A stretch of DNA of 64,000 nt from Fistulifera solaris (lineage: Eukaryota), in assembly GCA_030295235.1 (NCBI GenBank), contig AP026132.1, positions 124,001 to 188,000 of the forward strand, in the 5' to 3' direction. The position numbers and the translations under genes are program-made. A model generated the notes under the pieces. The model did no database searches and was not told the origin of the DNA. It saw nothing but the letters and a program-made list of their open reading frames with translations. Numbering within the stretch: the first letter of the stretch is position 1; each line of letters begins with the position of its first letter. This document shows, in pieces, positions 50,779 to 63,491 of the stretch.

Positions 50779-51240
50779 CTAGTGATCAGTCGTTGATTCG
50801 GTGAGGGGCTGGACTTTGATCGTGGGAAAAGTGACTTGCACCGTGTCCGCAATCTCCTCCCTTTCCCGCCGTCTTCCCGAATCCACATAATAGCAATAAT
50901 ACACCGTCTTGGTTACAACTTCGAGCTCGTGCTCCTGGCAGATACACAAATCTGCGCGCATCGGATTCTTCATTCGTTTTCGTAGTTTCAACCGCTTCAG
51001 CCATTCTTTACGGATGCAATCTTTCTTGGCGAGGTTCAGGAGCATTTCCTTCTTCATCGATCGTTTGGGTGTGCTCTGCGCCCCCCGGCAATCGCTTGAA
51101 CGCACCCGAATAGTTTTTATTGTTGTGTTTACAGGATGGCACGCAGCATTTGGTGTTGTAGCTGGGTGGAGGACGGGGTTTGTTTAATTTTGTGACAGTC
51201 AAGGCGCCGTCATTGGTGGGAGGATGTGCACGGTTGACAT
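50779..51240 (-). mobile_element. THAP (C2CH) zinc-finger ORF remnant, likely truncated DNA-transposon fragment
   Basis: Joined frames give KCCVPSC..FKRLP..RKEWL..LCICQEHE, the THAP signature; no catalytic domain follows. Confidence 0.6.
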
Positions 51241-51635
51241 GGTTTGTCGGCGTCGCTTTTTGTCCCCGACGCTCGCTGGAATGAGATCCATCCTCTTCCG
51301 AAAGGAAAATGTAGAAGGCAGGATTAATTTCGCTTTGGAATAGTCTAAAATTGAGGTAATGATGCGATTGAGTTTATCATGTCGCCGAAAGGCGAAAAAC
51401 AACGCAATAAATTTTTCAAAACGTCGTCATTGGAGACCCGGATCACAGAGTCAACGGAAATACGTCAATTTTTACATAACAATAATCGAGTGACATAGTG
51501 TCGAAACGGTTATCACCTATGAAACCTCATTTTTGTCCGTGTCGCGCGTTATCATCCACAATAAAATAAAACGATCGCTACCAGGTATTCGCGATAAAAA
51601 CGCAATCTTATCTGATTTTTGTTACTGAAATAAGG

Positions 51636-52736
51636 ATGACCGACATAGATGACCTACCCTTGTACGAAGGAAAGGATCCTGAGTTGCTGGAAGCGCCCTC
51701 GCTGCTTTGTTTGCTTAGAAACTCCGGCCAAGCTCTTGCGATGCTCACGCTGTCAGTTAGCCTGGTATTGCAGCGCAACCTGTCAAAAAGTGCATTACGA
51801 GAAACATAGCTTCTTGTGTAAAAACATCGCCAAGGATCAGAAGCGTGCCGTCCAAGAAAAAGCTCGACTCTGCGCTGCCTTTGGCGAAAATATCTTCGAG
51901 ACCGAGGCTGGAAACTTTTATGGCTTGACAGAAACATATAATTACTTGGATATGACGAATGCTTTGATTAGCTGGACTTGTTCTATCGCTTACCAAAGCA
52001 ACGTGAAGCAAGTGTGGGAAAAGTCTCTTTTCTACAATTAGAGCATCTTCGGTTGGTGCTCTCGATCGCATGCGGTATCGATTACCATTCTTCTTGCTAC
52101 AGATGAATCGCTGACGATGGCGCTGTTTCGTTCATTTGACACTGGGTGAAGCTGAAGGATTTCGGGGATACTTTTCCGGATTGGGTTTATGATCTTCATA
52201 GAAACAGCAATGAAGGCGATTGGATCTACCCAGCGAAGTTGATTGCCGATACTCAGACATTTTCAAGGACGTTTTGGGAGGATGAGCTAGAAGAGGTGGA
52301 TCTATCATTTCTTGTAGCGCTTTTGATTATCAAGCTACAAATTTTGGCGGCTCAAGACTTAGCTACACGGTACATTGACTTTGCATTCGGAAGGGATTTC
52401 CGGACAGCGTATCCAGGAAGTGCGGCCTTTGATTGAAGAATTGGTAATTGGTCAGGATGTGGATTTGGATAGTCAGCGAGCGCAAGCCCAGCGGTTATTT
52501 AATATGATTCATTGGAAGAATCCTTCCATGCTTCCTGCAATAGTGAATCCGAGACCAATAATGAGTCAGCGCCCCCAAATAGAGTTTTGCACAGAGAAAT
52601 CAGACCTGGACACCCCTCCGAAGTTCAAGTGATTCTCAACTACGGCAAGGTTACCTTTCATTGAGTACCAGGTGCACTTGGTATGCTTGTGGCACGTTTT
52701 GGCGAGAATCCGGTTTATAACTGGTCTATGGACTAA
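51636..52736 (+). pseudogene. zf-MYND family copy 1, two in-frame TGA stops plus frameshifts
   Basis: CFVC..RCSRCQLAWYCSATCQKVHYEKHSFLC; TGA at 52137 and 52662 aligned with Arg codons of paralogues. Confidence 0.85.
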
Positions 52737-53770
52737 ACTGAGGCAGAAGGGGAGAACTGTTAAGTCTGTTCATGCCTTCGAGCATTCGGTGGGTGTGCTA
52801 ATGAGAACCTCGTGTCTAGTTTTCAAATAAAGTGAACCTATAGTTATTCAGGTTGCAACTAAAGGTATTTTAGATCTAAGGAGTCTCTTGCAAAGATGAG
52901 AGACGTAGTCTCCGACTCCTCCTCCTCAACTGACTTTCAAGTCCGGGCACCGTGGCTTTCGTTTGCATAAGCTATCAGTCGAATATTTTGATGCTTTTGA
53001 TGTTATAAATTCTGCTGTTGTCATCGATGCTATACGTTGCTGAATAAATTTGTGATCATTTGTAACCAGAATATTAGACTCTCAAAGTGTAGTTTTCATG
53101 AGATGTGACATAATTCACTTCAGTCCCGGTAAATTGCCAACGCATATCCGCGATGATGAAAGCGATGAAGGGCAAAAAGCTGCGTTTTCGACCGCCATGA
53201 TGAGCATGCAGCCATAAACACTGTCATTTACCAGTAAAACACGAAGATGCTGCTCGAAAGCGTTGCGGAACTTGTTATCTCGGGCGTTTTGATGACGAGG
53301 CTGATAGATGCACGAGGACACACGACCCTCATCCCACGACGACTCCTCCTCTGGCAGTGCCGTAGCTGCAGTTGTCTCGCGATGATCCTTGACAAAGCGG
53401 CAAAGCGCTTGGCATTTGCGATGAGACCGATGATGTTTTTGTTGTGTAACGGAGATTTCATTTGTGTCGAAAACCGCACTGCACATAACGTTTTTTTTTG
53501 ATTTCGAGTAACGGAAAAACTTTTGTCGTGTGAGATGAAAGAACAGTTTGTGAAGCTTTCGATTGATAGTTTTTGACAGACGACAACTGAGTTTTTAAAC
53601 GGGGAACGTTCCTAAAAACACCTATTCATTCCTTCTTTGACATAAATCGCGCGAAACTCAAGCTACGCGGCAAAACCGGAAAGTAGTCACGTGACTGGCG
53701 AGAAGGAAAAAAGGGTCTACCGACACCGACACAAAGTTGAGAGTTGGCTCTTGTCATAGCTACCGAAACA

Positions 53771-54872
53771 ATGACGAATGAGGCTCAGTTAGCAATATGC
53801 CAAGGGATTGATGCGGAACTATCGGAACATCCTCGGTGCTCATCTTGCTTCCACACACCAGCCACCAAGTTGTTGCGATGTTCGCGTTGTTATGAAGCCT
53901 GGTACTGCAACACTGTATGCCAGAAAAAGCACTTTGCAAGGCATCGCGACTTGTGTCAAATAATAGCCTTTTTTCAAGAAAACGTTTCGACAAGAAGAAC
54001 GCATCCTCCGGTCTGCTTTGGGGGATCGTTTGTTTGAGACGGATATTGGAAGCTTTTGGGAGGTGGAGCAGGCATTGCCGTACATGCAAGCCACCTATGA
54101 TCTGACAAACTGGTATTGGGCTATCGGTCTAGAATGCAACGTGAAAGAAGTTTGGGAGCGGGGACTTTTTCATTTGTTGGAGCTTCTTCGGCCAGGTGCT
54201 ACCGATCACACGGCAGCGCAAATGCGAGTGCCATTCTTCTTGTTGAACTAAATCGGGATGACGATGCTTATACTTTTGTTCGCTACTGGGTGCAGCTGGA
54301 CGATGCTATTGATTCGATTCCAGGTGTCGTGACAGATGCTCACCGAAATAGCAAAAGAGGCGATTGGATTTACCCACGTCAAACTAACTGTCGATTCTTT
54401 GACATATTTCAAGACATTTCGAAGGAGGACCCGCACCTGATGGAGCTTGCTTTTCTTGTGACACTTCTCATCATCAAGCTTCGTATTGTTGCGGCTATCG
54501 ATGCTACTTTGCAGTCGGTTGAGCTTGCATTCGAAGGTGCAGCTGGACAGCGTATTCAAGAGGTAAAAACCTTAGTACAAGGAATGCTCATTCGTGATGA
54601 TGTGAATTTGGAATATCAACGAGAACAGGTCCATAGATTGTTGGATGCTATTGACAAGAACAATCCTACTATGCTTCCTATTCTGCTTAATCCGGACGCC
54701 CCTTGACAGTCGGCCTCCGCCTCCACCTCATCTGATCGTTCGGGTCAACCCTCCGATCGTATACTGCTTTTCATCTTTGGGCGCAAGGTCCTTCTATCGG
54801 ATCCCAGGCTCGGTTGATTTGTTGAAGGAGCACCTTGGGCGCAAGCCATTGGGTCACAAGCATATGGAATGA
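53771..54872 (+). CDS. zf-MYND family copy 2 (several 1-bp frameshifts)
   Basis: CSSC..RCSRCYEAWYCNTVCQKKH..H..C; FETDIGSFW; LNRDDDAYTFVRYW. Confidence 0.8.
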
Positions 54873-55170
54873 GTCAGGACGGAGGACGAATAGCTGTCCT
54901 TATAGTGGCTAGTCAATTCAGAAGAGTGATTTGAATCACAATATTTTAGAGGATTATTAATTAGCTATGGTGCGTTTTCGACTGCATTGAGATACCTCCA
55001 TCAATGCATGTATGCTGTTGCTGTAAAAAAGTTGCTGCTGAATGAATGGCTTAACTACCTTACACTTAGTGACTAGGACACGACTCATTTTCAGGCGGGA
55101 CTGATTGTTGCAACGGAAACAAAAAAAAATGAAATGCTGGTGGCGGTGTAATATTCGCGAAAGAACGACG

Positions 55171-55295
55171 ATGAACGACAATACAATAACACCCATGTAC
55201 AAAGTAAAGGCACCTCGTTGTTTCCAGTGCCTCAGAACTCCGGACAAGCTATTATGGTGCTCACTCTGTCACGTAGCGTGGTATTGCAGCGCAAT
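55171..55295 (+). pseudogene. Truncated zf-MYND fragment
   Basis: PRCFQCLRTPDKLLWCSLCHVAWYCSA, then homology ends. Confidence 0.75.
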
Positions 55296-55809
55296 TGAGC
55301 GCGATGCGACCCCTATGGTGACGCGATAAACACTTGGAGTTTTTCGTTAACCATGATCTACGTCACAGTCACACGCTGTGAAGTGACAAAAGACAACGAA
55401 AGTGGTTGAGTCTGACGAATATTCGATGAGGAGGAGGCGTCGTATGTTCGACCAGCGCAATGCGAAAGTTCTTTTCTCTTTCTTATTGTTGACTTTCTTT
55501 TCACGCTAACGCAAGGTTATTCCACTCAACGCCACAGGAAGAAATTTCGTCAGCGAGATAAACGTCTCCAAAATAATCAACAGAAAACAGAAAGTAACTG
55601 CTGAGTTGTGCGCGGGAAAGTTCCTAAAGCTCTATTTACACGAGCAACGTACACTTTACTAACGCACGTATTTTAAGTCGGGCGAAACCTGAGCTACACC
55701 GCAAAACCAGTGAGTTTCCGCGTGATTGACGAGAAGAAAGGGCATTGAAACCGACACAAATTTGAGCGCCACCGCCGCCGGCGACGACCCTCCAGTCATA
55801 CTTGCCGAA

Positions 55810-56937
55810 AGTTGGCGAACGGGGTGCAGTTATAGCCATGTGCGAATGTATCGGTGCAGTATTATGGGACGAGCCTCGGTGCTTATCTTGCTTCCACACA
55901 CCAGCTACCAAGTTGTTGCGATGTTCGCGCTGCCGTGAAGCCTGGTACTGCAACACCGTCTGCCAGAGGAAAGACTACGCAAGTCATCGTGAGTTTTGTA
56001 AACAAATATCTCTTTGCAAGGAAACTCTTTGACAAGAGGAACTCATTCTCTGGTCCACTGTGGGGGATAGTTTGTTTGAGACACACACTCGAGACTTTGG
56101 GGAGTGTGTCGACGCAGTGCTGTACATGCAAGCCCTACATGACTTGTCATGCTGGTATTGGATTGCCGGTATGGAAAGCAATGTGAAAGAAGTTTGGGAG
56201 CGGGGACTTTTTCACACATTGGAGTTTCTTCGGCTTGGGGGCAACCGATCACATTGGAGTGCGGCACCGTGCTCCTTTCATCTTGCTGAACCTACATCGT
56301 GATGACGATGCTTATACTTTCGTTCGTTACTGGGCGCACCGGGTGATGGATTCGCTTATACCGTTCCAGGCATCGTGACAGATGCGCGCCGAAACAGTAA
56401 AGTCGGTGATTGGATCTACCCACGTGAAACTAACTGTCGATACTTGGACATTTTTCAAGACATTTGGACGGGAGGACCCGCATCTGATGGAGCTTTCTTT
56501 TCTTGTGACGCTCCTTATCATTAAACTTTGTATTGTGGCTGCGTTTGACGCTACTATGCGTTCAGTTGAGCTTGTTTTGGAAGGTACAGCTGGAGAGCAT
56601 GATGAGGAGATCAAATCGTTGATACAAGGAACGATAATTCGTGACGATGTGAACGTGGAATGTCAACGAGCAGGTCCACAAACTCTTGGATGCTATCGAT
56701 AGGAATAACCCTTCCATGCTTCCTGCTCTGGTTGATCCGACACCTTTGACTACTCAGCCTCCGCCGCCGATTCATCTCATCTTTCGGGGTCACCCTTCCG
56801 ATGCGTATGCTACCGTGTCTCTTTGCGGAAGGTCCTTTTATCGAGTGCCAGGCGACAGTAAAACTGTTAGAGCAACGCGTTGGTCGCAAGCCAGTGTACA
56901 ATTACAATATGTCGCCAATTGGGGAAAAGATGAATAA
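55810..56937 (+). pseudogene. zf-MYND family copy 3, closest to copy 2; in-frame TGA at 56030
   Basis: CLSCFHTPATKLLRCSRCREAWYCNTVCQ; many frameshifts; upstream region also duplicated from copy 2. Confidence 0.85.
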
Positions 56938-57325
56938 CCGCCCGTATAATGGATACTAGTAGACCTAATCAAGTTGATCGTGCAACTCGAATGCATCGTA
57001 CTCCAGGATCCCAAGTTTATTAATTGACAACATGGACTACGAATTTCGACTAACCCATTAGGTAATACATGCCATTGAAATTAGTCTACACTTATTATCT
57101 TGTTGATAGTGTTGTTGGGAATCGTCGTTTTGCTCGATCCAAACGTGTCCGTGCATTGGCGTGACTCAGCAGATGTGCAGTCCCGGATGTTGTAGAATAA
57201 AGATCGTCGTCGCTTTTATTATTATTGTTCATTATTTCCAGTTTGCATGAGGTAATCCTCTTGCAATTTGCAATACAAAAAGATAATTTAAAGCATAACA
57301 TCCCCTGATAGTTGCATTAGGAAGA

Positions 57326-58483
57326 ATGGGAAGCGACGCATTTAAGTCAATGTACGAAGGAAAAGATCCTCTTCTGCAGGACGAACCGAGCTGCTATCAT
57401 TGCTCCGTCAAGCCGACGACCAAGTTGTTGAGATGCTCACGCTGTCACGTTGCTTGGTATTGCACCCCAACCTGTCAAAAAGCGCACCATAAGAAGCATC
57501 GCTTCTTGTGTATGGAAATTGATAAATACACAAAACTTCGTTGATGACGAGGGAAACAGACTCTGTGCAGCACTGGGTGCGAACATCTTTGAGACTGAGA
57601 TCGGCAACTTTTGGGGCTTATTACCTGCGACAGCAACCTACATGGATCTCACGAGCCTTAGCAAACTGGTATTCGTCGCTTGCTCTCGAGTGCAATGTGA
57701 AAGAAGTTTGGGAGAAAGCGCTCTATCATCAATTGGAGCATTTGCAGCTGGGTGTGCTGGATCGGATGGACGCGCGATTGCGAGTGCCCTTCTTTTTGTT
57801 GTACATGAATCGCGACGACGGCGCGTTTACATTCATTCGCTACTGGGTGGAGACAAAAGAGGTTTTGGAGACAAATCCAGATGCGGTGTTTGAACGTCAC
57901 AGAAACAGCAAATCCGGCGATTGGCTTTACCCGCGTGAAACCGATGCTCGATATCTGGACATTTTTGATCAAGTACCGGGTGACTTAATACAAGAAATGG
58001 AGCTTCCTTTTCTTGTAGCACTTTTTCTCATAAAGCTTAGCATAGTGGCGTCTCACGACGATGCTACTGAATCCATGGATATTGGCGTTCAAAACCACCG
58101 GAGGGCAGCGTATTCAAGAGGTGCAATCGGCAATCGCAGAAATGTTGGTTCGTCAAGATGTGGATGCGGAGAATCAACGCCGACAAATTTATTGGCTCTT
58201 GTTTTTGATTCATCGGAGGAACCCGCACATGCTGCCGGGTCTAACCAATCCAGCACCCTACTTCAATCGACCGCCGCCCACGGACCGTATTGCGGGTGAG
58301 CCTTCCGAAGTTAGCATGTGTTTGTTGGATTGCAAGGTCGCTTTCTATCGGGTGCCAGCGGCACCCGAAATACTGAAAAAACATTTTGGCAGCAATCGAG
58401 TCGTCTGCACCGACGAGGCCACGAATTGGTTGCTGAAAACAGAAGTTAGCGCAATTCGGTACAGGTTTGTGAATGAAAGATGA
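57326..58483 (+). CDS. zf-MYND family copy 4 (several frameshifts)
   Basis: MYEGKDP..CYHC..RCSRCHVAWYCTPTCQKAH; FETEIGNFW; MNRDDGAFTFIRYW. Confidence 0.8.
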
Positions 58484-59210
58484 GCATTTATGTGATGATT
58501 AATGAGGATATGGCATGCACCTGTCTCTAATTGCCGGTGAAAGCTGACCTGCATACCTCGTACGCCGTGAAGTTCAGAAGTCACATGGCAACTACAGAAC
58601 TGTTAATGGGGAGAACGTTAAACAGACAAAATGTTGACTAGAGGCCTATCATTTGGACTCCATTTTATACCTTTAAAGAGCCTTTAACGACTCATATTCC
58701 GTACGGAGTAGTGAAACTAGTCTAAGTCTATCAGACGTCGTCTTGCGGCTTAGGTCCCAACCTAGGTGCTTCACTAGAGGTGGGCAAGCGACTATAAAGT
58801 CTTCTTAGGCGGTAGGTAAATCCTACTAATCAATGAGTTATTATTTAGTTTTTATTGTTAGTCTAAGTCTATCTTGTCATCATAGTTTTGGCTAGATTTA
58901 AATCACGTAACTGGTAAAAATGAGGTTTTGAGATGTCGCACGGTGCGGTATAGTCACCAACGGAGAGAGGAGTTTCTTTATTTAAAGCTTTTAGCCGTTG
59001 TAGCGCGCACGTCTTTTCGCGGCATCAGAACTAACCTTACCGGCTACGCCGGGTACTGATTTGACGCCTTTATTTATTTGGTTTGCGCGTGATTGATGCT
59101 CAATGCGATGTCGACTTTGACAAAAGAAATGAAAGCTGGAAAGTCAATTGCAATAAGCAGGAGAACTCTTGAATCAAAATCCGACTCTATTAGTCATACA
59201 GAAGAACAGA

Positions 59211-60312
59211 ATGGTAGATAACGATCTAAACATCAACAGAGATCGATTGCCGATGTACGAAGGAAAAGATCCGTTTCTGCGTGAAGAACCGTGCTGCTTG
59301 CATTGTTTCAAGACACCCGACACAAAGTTAGTGAAATGCTCACGCTGTCAAATAGCCTGGTATTGCAACGAAACCTGTCAAAAGAGCACTTTCCGAAACA
59401 TCGTGACTTCTGTAAGCACGTATCGGAATGCCACATAAAGGTTCAACTTATGAAGGAGTATCTTCGCTCCGAGCCGCAGGAAAGCGTGTTTGAGACAGAT
59501 ATCGGCAATTTTTGGGGCAGGGAAGACACCATACCTTTTATGCAATCGACCTTTATGTTAGCCAGCTGGTACTTTGTTGCCGCCCACGAAAGCGACATCC
59601 GAGAAGTTCTAGAAAAGGCGCTCTTTGTTCTTCTAGAGCATCTTCGATTGGGGCGTTCTCGATGAAAGAGAAGCACGATGGCGAGCACCTTTCTTTCTCT
59701 TGTCTTTGAATCGTGACGATGATGCGTATTCGTTCATTCGTTATTGGGTGCGGTTCAAGGAATTGTTAGATTTAGATCAAGATGATTTTCAAATTCCGAT
59801 AACTATTTGAACAGCAAAGAAGGTGATTGGATCTACCCCCGTGAAACCGATTGTCGATATTTGGACGTTTTTCAAGACATCTGGTCAAACGAAAATGCGC
59901 AGGAGACGGAGCTTGCTTTTCTGGTTGCACTCCTAATCATCAAGCTTCGAATTGTGGCGGCTCACGGCAGCCAAGTTTTCGATTGAACTTGCATTGGGAG
60001 GCGTAGCTGGACAGCGTATTCAGGAAGTGCAACCAGCAATCGAAGAGATGGTTATTCGTCAGGATGCGGACGTGGAAGGTCAACGAGCAAGTCCATCGGT
60101 TAATGGGCGTGATTCATGACAAGAATCCGTCAGTGCTCCTTGCCTTACTGAATCCGAGACCTGTTATGGAGGAGTCTAAACCAAAGTCTGGTGTCCCTTC
60201 CGATGTCCATAGAATACTCATGGACTGCAAAGCCGTTTATTATCGGGTGCCAGAAGCAGTCGAACTACTTAAGGAGCGCTTGGGCAGCATTCAATCCTCG
60301 GTTATTGCTTAA
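59211..60312 (+). CDS. zf-MYND family copy 5 (several frameshifts)
   Basis: MYEGKDP..CLHC..KCSRCQIAWYCNETCQK; FETDIGNFWG; LNRDDDAYSFIRYW. Confidence 0.8.
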
Positions 60313-60471
60313 GTCTTTTGCTTTTCCTATGGTCCGACAAGATATGAGGTACCGGAGTAATAAATAAGGCTTTAAAGCAAACTAGGAATAAGTTGATGTG
60401 TGGAGACAAGCAACATATCGACTCCACAGTAATTTCATAGAAACAGCATATTCACGCATAAATGACTATAA

Positions 60472-62794
60472 TCAGTCTTCCTCTTTTATCTTGGCAACGG
60501 GTAATTCCGGTGTTGCCCACTTGTAAGCATACTGCCAGGCTGGATACATATCTTGACATCGCTGGAGCTCCGATGGCTTGTAAAGCTCTCTTAAACGATG
60601 CAAAACCTGACCCACCACTGGCACGGAAAATGCGTTTCCAATAAGACGCATACAATATTCTTTTTGATTATAATGCAACAGCTAAAAAACAAGCAGCAAG
60701 TGAGGAAAGGGATGTGATGAGGAATGGTTTGCCGTTCATGCACTTACTGCTTGCTGTCCCGGTGACCCCTTTCTGCTTGGTGGCGGGGCAAGCTTGATTG
60801 AAGGTGGACATCCCTTTTCGAAACTGAAAGGCATTGCATCGTTTTTGAACGGTCGGCCCAAAAAGTTTCCCGCAAAACAATGCAGTTCCGGAGGCAGCAT
60901 TTCACGCCAGTCCTTCTCAAGTGGCCAAGTCTCTGCATCTTGTCCCTCCTTTTCACAACTATACTTGTTACAAAGCGCATACCCTTGACAATACAGAAGA
61001 TCAAAGAGCATAGACACTAATATGGGGCAAAAGTGAGAAACCAGTCTAACCGTTTCGATTGCAGACTTACCTGGCTCGCTGACGTATCCTTCCGGGTACC
61101 CCATGATTCGCTCTCGTTCTGCCACATTGTAGCACCGCATAAGGTACCTTCCCTTTTGCTTGGATGTACTTTGAAGATTTGCATGCGAGTGTCTTCAAGA
61201 CGTCCCTTGCTTGCCATGAAGGTATGTGCCTTAATCCGACGCTCTTCGGTGTCGTCCCCATCCTGAAATGGAAGCATTTGTGCAGGAACGTAGTCGTCAT
61301 CCAAACAACTCTTTAATGACGCAATGCAGCCTCGCTCTTCTTCTGATGGATCTGAGTACGGAATGTTCGTGAAAAATGACGTCTTCTTCGACCGGGCGAA
61401 AATTCCCACGCATCGATCTCGATGGGGTCCCACTTAAATCCAAATGCGGCCGAGATCTTGCTCAATTCTGATGGCATTTCATTCTCTAAAGACTCGTTCC
61501 TCGTTTCGTGGAGGTCATTGCCAGCCGAACTGTCCTTCCGTTTTAATGCCTTCCCAGTTTTGGTTGAAATTCTTTCTTTTCATAGTCTTCTCTGTCTGAT
61601 ATGACAACATTCTCTATCATGACGTGCAAGTCACGGGCTTTTTTGTTCGCGTTTGATGCTCTGGAAGAGCTTTCCCGTCAAAAGCATGTACTCGCCGTAC
61701 TTTCCCTTCGTTCCCTCTCTCTTGGCATTGACGCGGCTATAGTCGACACAGGGAGGGCCTCCGGTAATCAAATCGATTCCTCCTGCTAGCGATGATCATA
61801 ATGAGAATCCAAAAAGTTGCGTACGAAAAGATACAACATTGCACGTACCATTCTGTATATGCTTCACCGCAAAGGCGCGAAAAACTTTGTCATCCGAAGA
61901 ATCAAAGATATCTTCAAAGCGATCGTAGTAAACATGTTCGATTCCATCATCCGAGATCTTCCATTTCGATAGTCGCGCGTAGCCGCCGTCAAAATTACAA
62001 TCGGGTCCCATGTTCTTGGCTCGCTTTTGCTTGGCAAACTGGCGCAGCGACTCTACAAAAGCAAAGTCATGGTTCATACGAGTAACGAATGTCGCGACTT
62101 GATCGTGTTCGACGTGGATCACTTTCTTAATGGGAATATTCAATCGTTTGAGAACAACCAGTGCCGTTCCTGTACCACCAAACAGATCCAGAACTACCAA
62201 GCCTTCCTTTCGCTTGCACTCGGTTTGAATTTGAAAGCGCTTCATAACTTCTTCTGCATAAGAGTCATTCGTCATGAGTAAAGAACCTGGCAACGGCAAG
62301 TCACCCATATTGAAATAGCCCGACTCGAGGCGATTTCCTTTCTCGATTGATTCATTCGCTTCAACCGCCGTCACATAAACGTCGACGCTTTTCTTCTCGG
62401 TAAAGTCTATACTATCATTTGCCTGCACTTGCATCCCACCGTGACAGCAAAGACGATGAAAATGATCTGTATTGCATGAAAGGAACACACCATCGCACGG
62501 AATGTATTCATCATTGTACGCATCGAATATAAGCTTCGTTTTTCTCTTCGGTGAGCAATGACACACGGCACAACAGAAAGGGAAGCTCCGCTCAATTTCT
62601 TCATCTGTCTCTATTCGTTTCACATCGTCGTCGACATTGTCGTTCTGCGTGCGTTTGAGTTGTTGCCGTTCCGGAGCAGATTCCTCCTCGACTTCCGAGT
62701 CGTCGTCGTCGTCGTCCGGGGATGAATCTACATCGTCCACGGGTAGTTTTTGTTTATGAAAGTACGTAAGACGCTGTCGTTTGGGTCCGGCCAT
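60472..62794 (-). CDS. DNA cytosine-5 methyltransferase, DNMT3-like, about 4 exons
   Basis: Motif I VLDLFGGTG; II VEHD; IV DLITGGPPCVDYSRVN (rc ~61730-61780); VI MIENVV (rc ~61612-61625); VIII IDAWEFSPGRRRRHF-TNIP; IX ERERIMGYPEGY; X LIGNAFSVPVV. Confidence 0.9.
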
Positions 62795-63491
62795 GGTTAT
62801 GTTTCTTTTCCTTTTAGAAATTCAATGGTTTGCAAAACGAAGGAAAGGATGAACGAGCAAGCGATTGAAGTACAATGCAAATGAACGAAATAATGGCTCT
62901 TATTGTTGCTTATTTGGCTATATCGATAGAGCTGGAAAATGCGTCTCGTGACGGAAATCAGTGACGTCTCTTTATTGTGTAGAATTCGTACGAGACGCTA
63001 CGGCAGATGACGGGCGCCCCGCCACGCTGTTTTCTACACCCTGTTCCAAATAAGAGTCAATATTTTTTAAAAACTAACTAGGATCAACCTCTTTGATGAG
63101 AATGTTCATGCCATTATTATTGGTGGGTTCTTTTATGCTTTGTGTTCTACAGCTATTACGCAAAACAGGTGCTGAAGCTGTGTTTAGCTTCCGATACTTG
63201 TTTGAATCTGGGACTAAAACTCTCTATTTAAAGACTATCTGGTCCCTCGTTAAGGTTATAGATAGCCCCGTACCATGTATACCTTACCGGTACAAAATAT
63301 TACAGTAACTATAATGAGAAATGTGTTGCGTACTGAGCGAGTAGCATGAAAAAGAACAAGGCGAAAAACTGTTAAGGAAAAGAAAAAGTCCGCTTGCTGT
63401 CATTCATGTAAATATTTCTTATTTCTTCCGTAACGCATTCACTTGTACGTGTGTTGAGAGTCTTATCAACTCCCGCAAACTCGACCGCACC

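Noticed and set aside
53115..53501. Overlapping ORFs between MYND copies 1 and 2
   Set aside because: No motifs or homology to neighbours
63300..63352. Very weak box-like matches here (minus strand) and near 950, 12070-12150, 42240, 50340
   Set aside because: Too degenerate to distinguish from chance by eye
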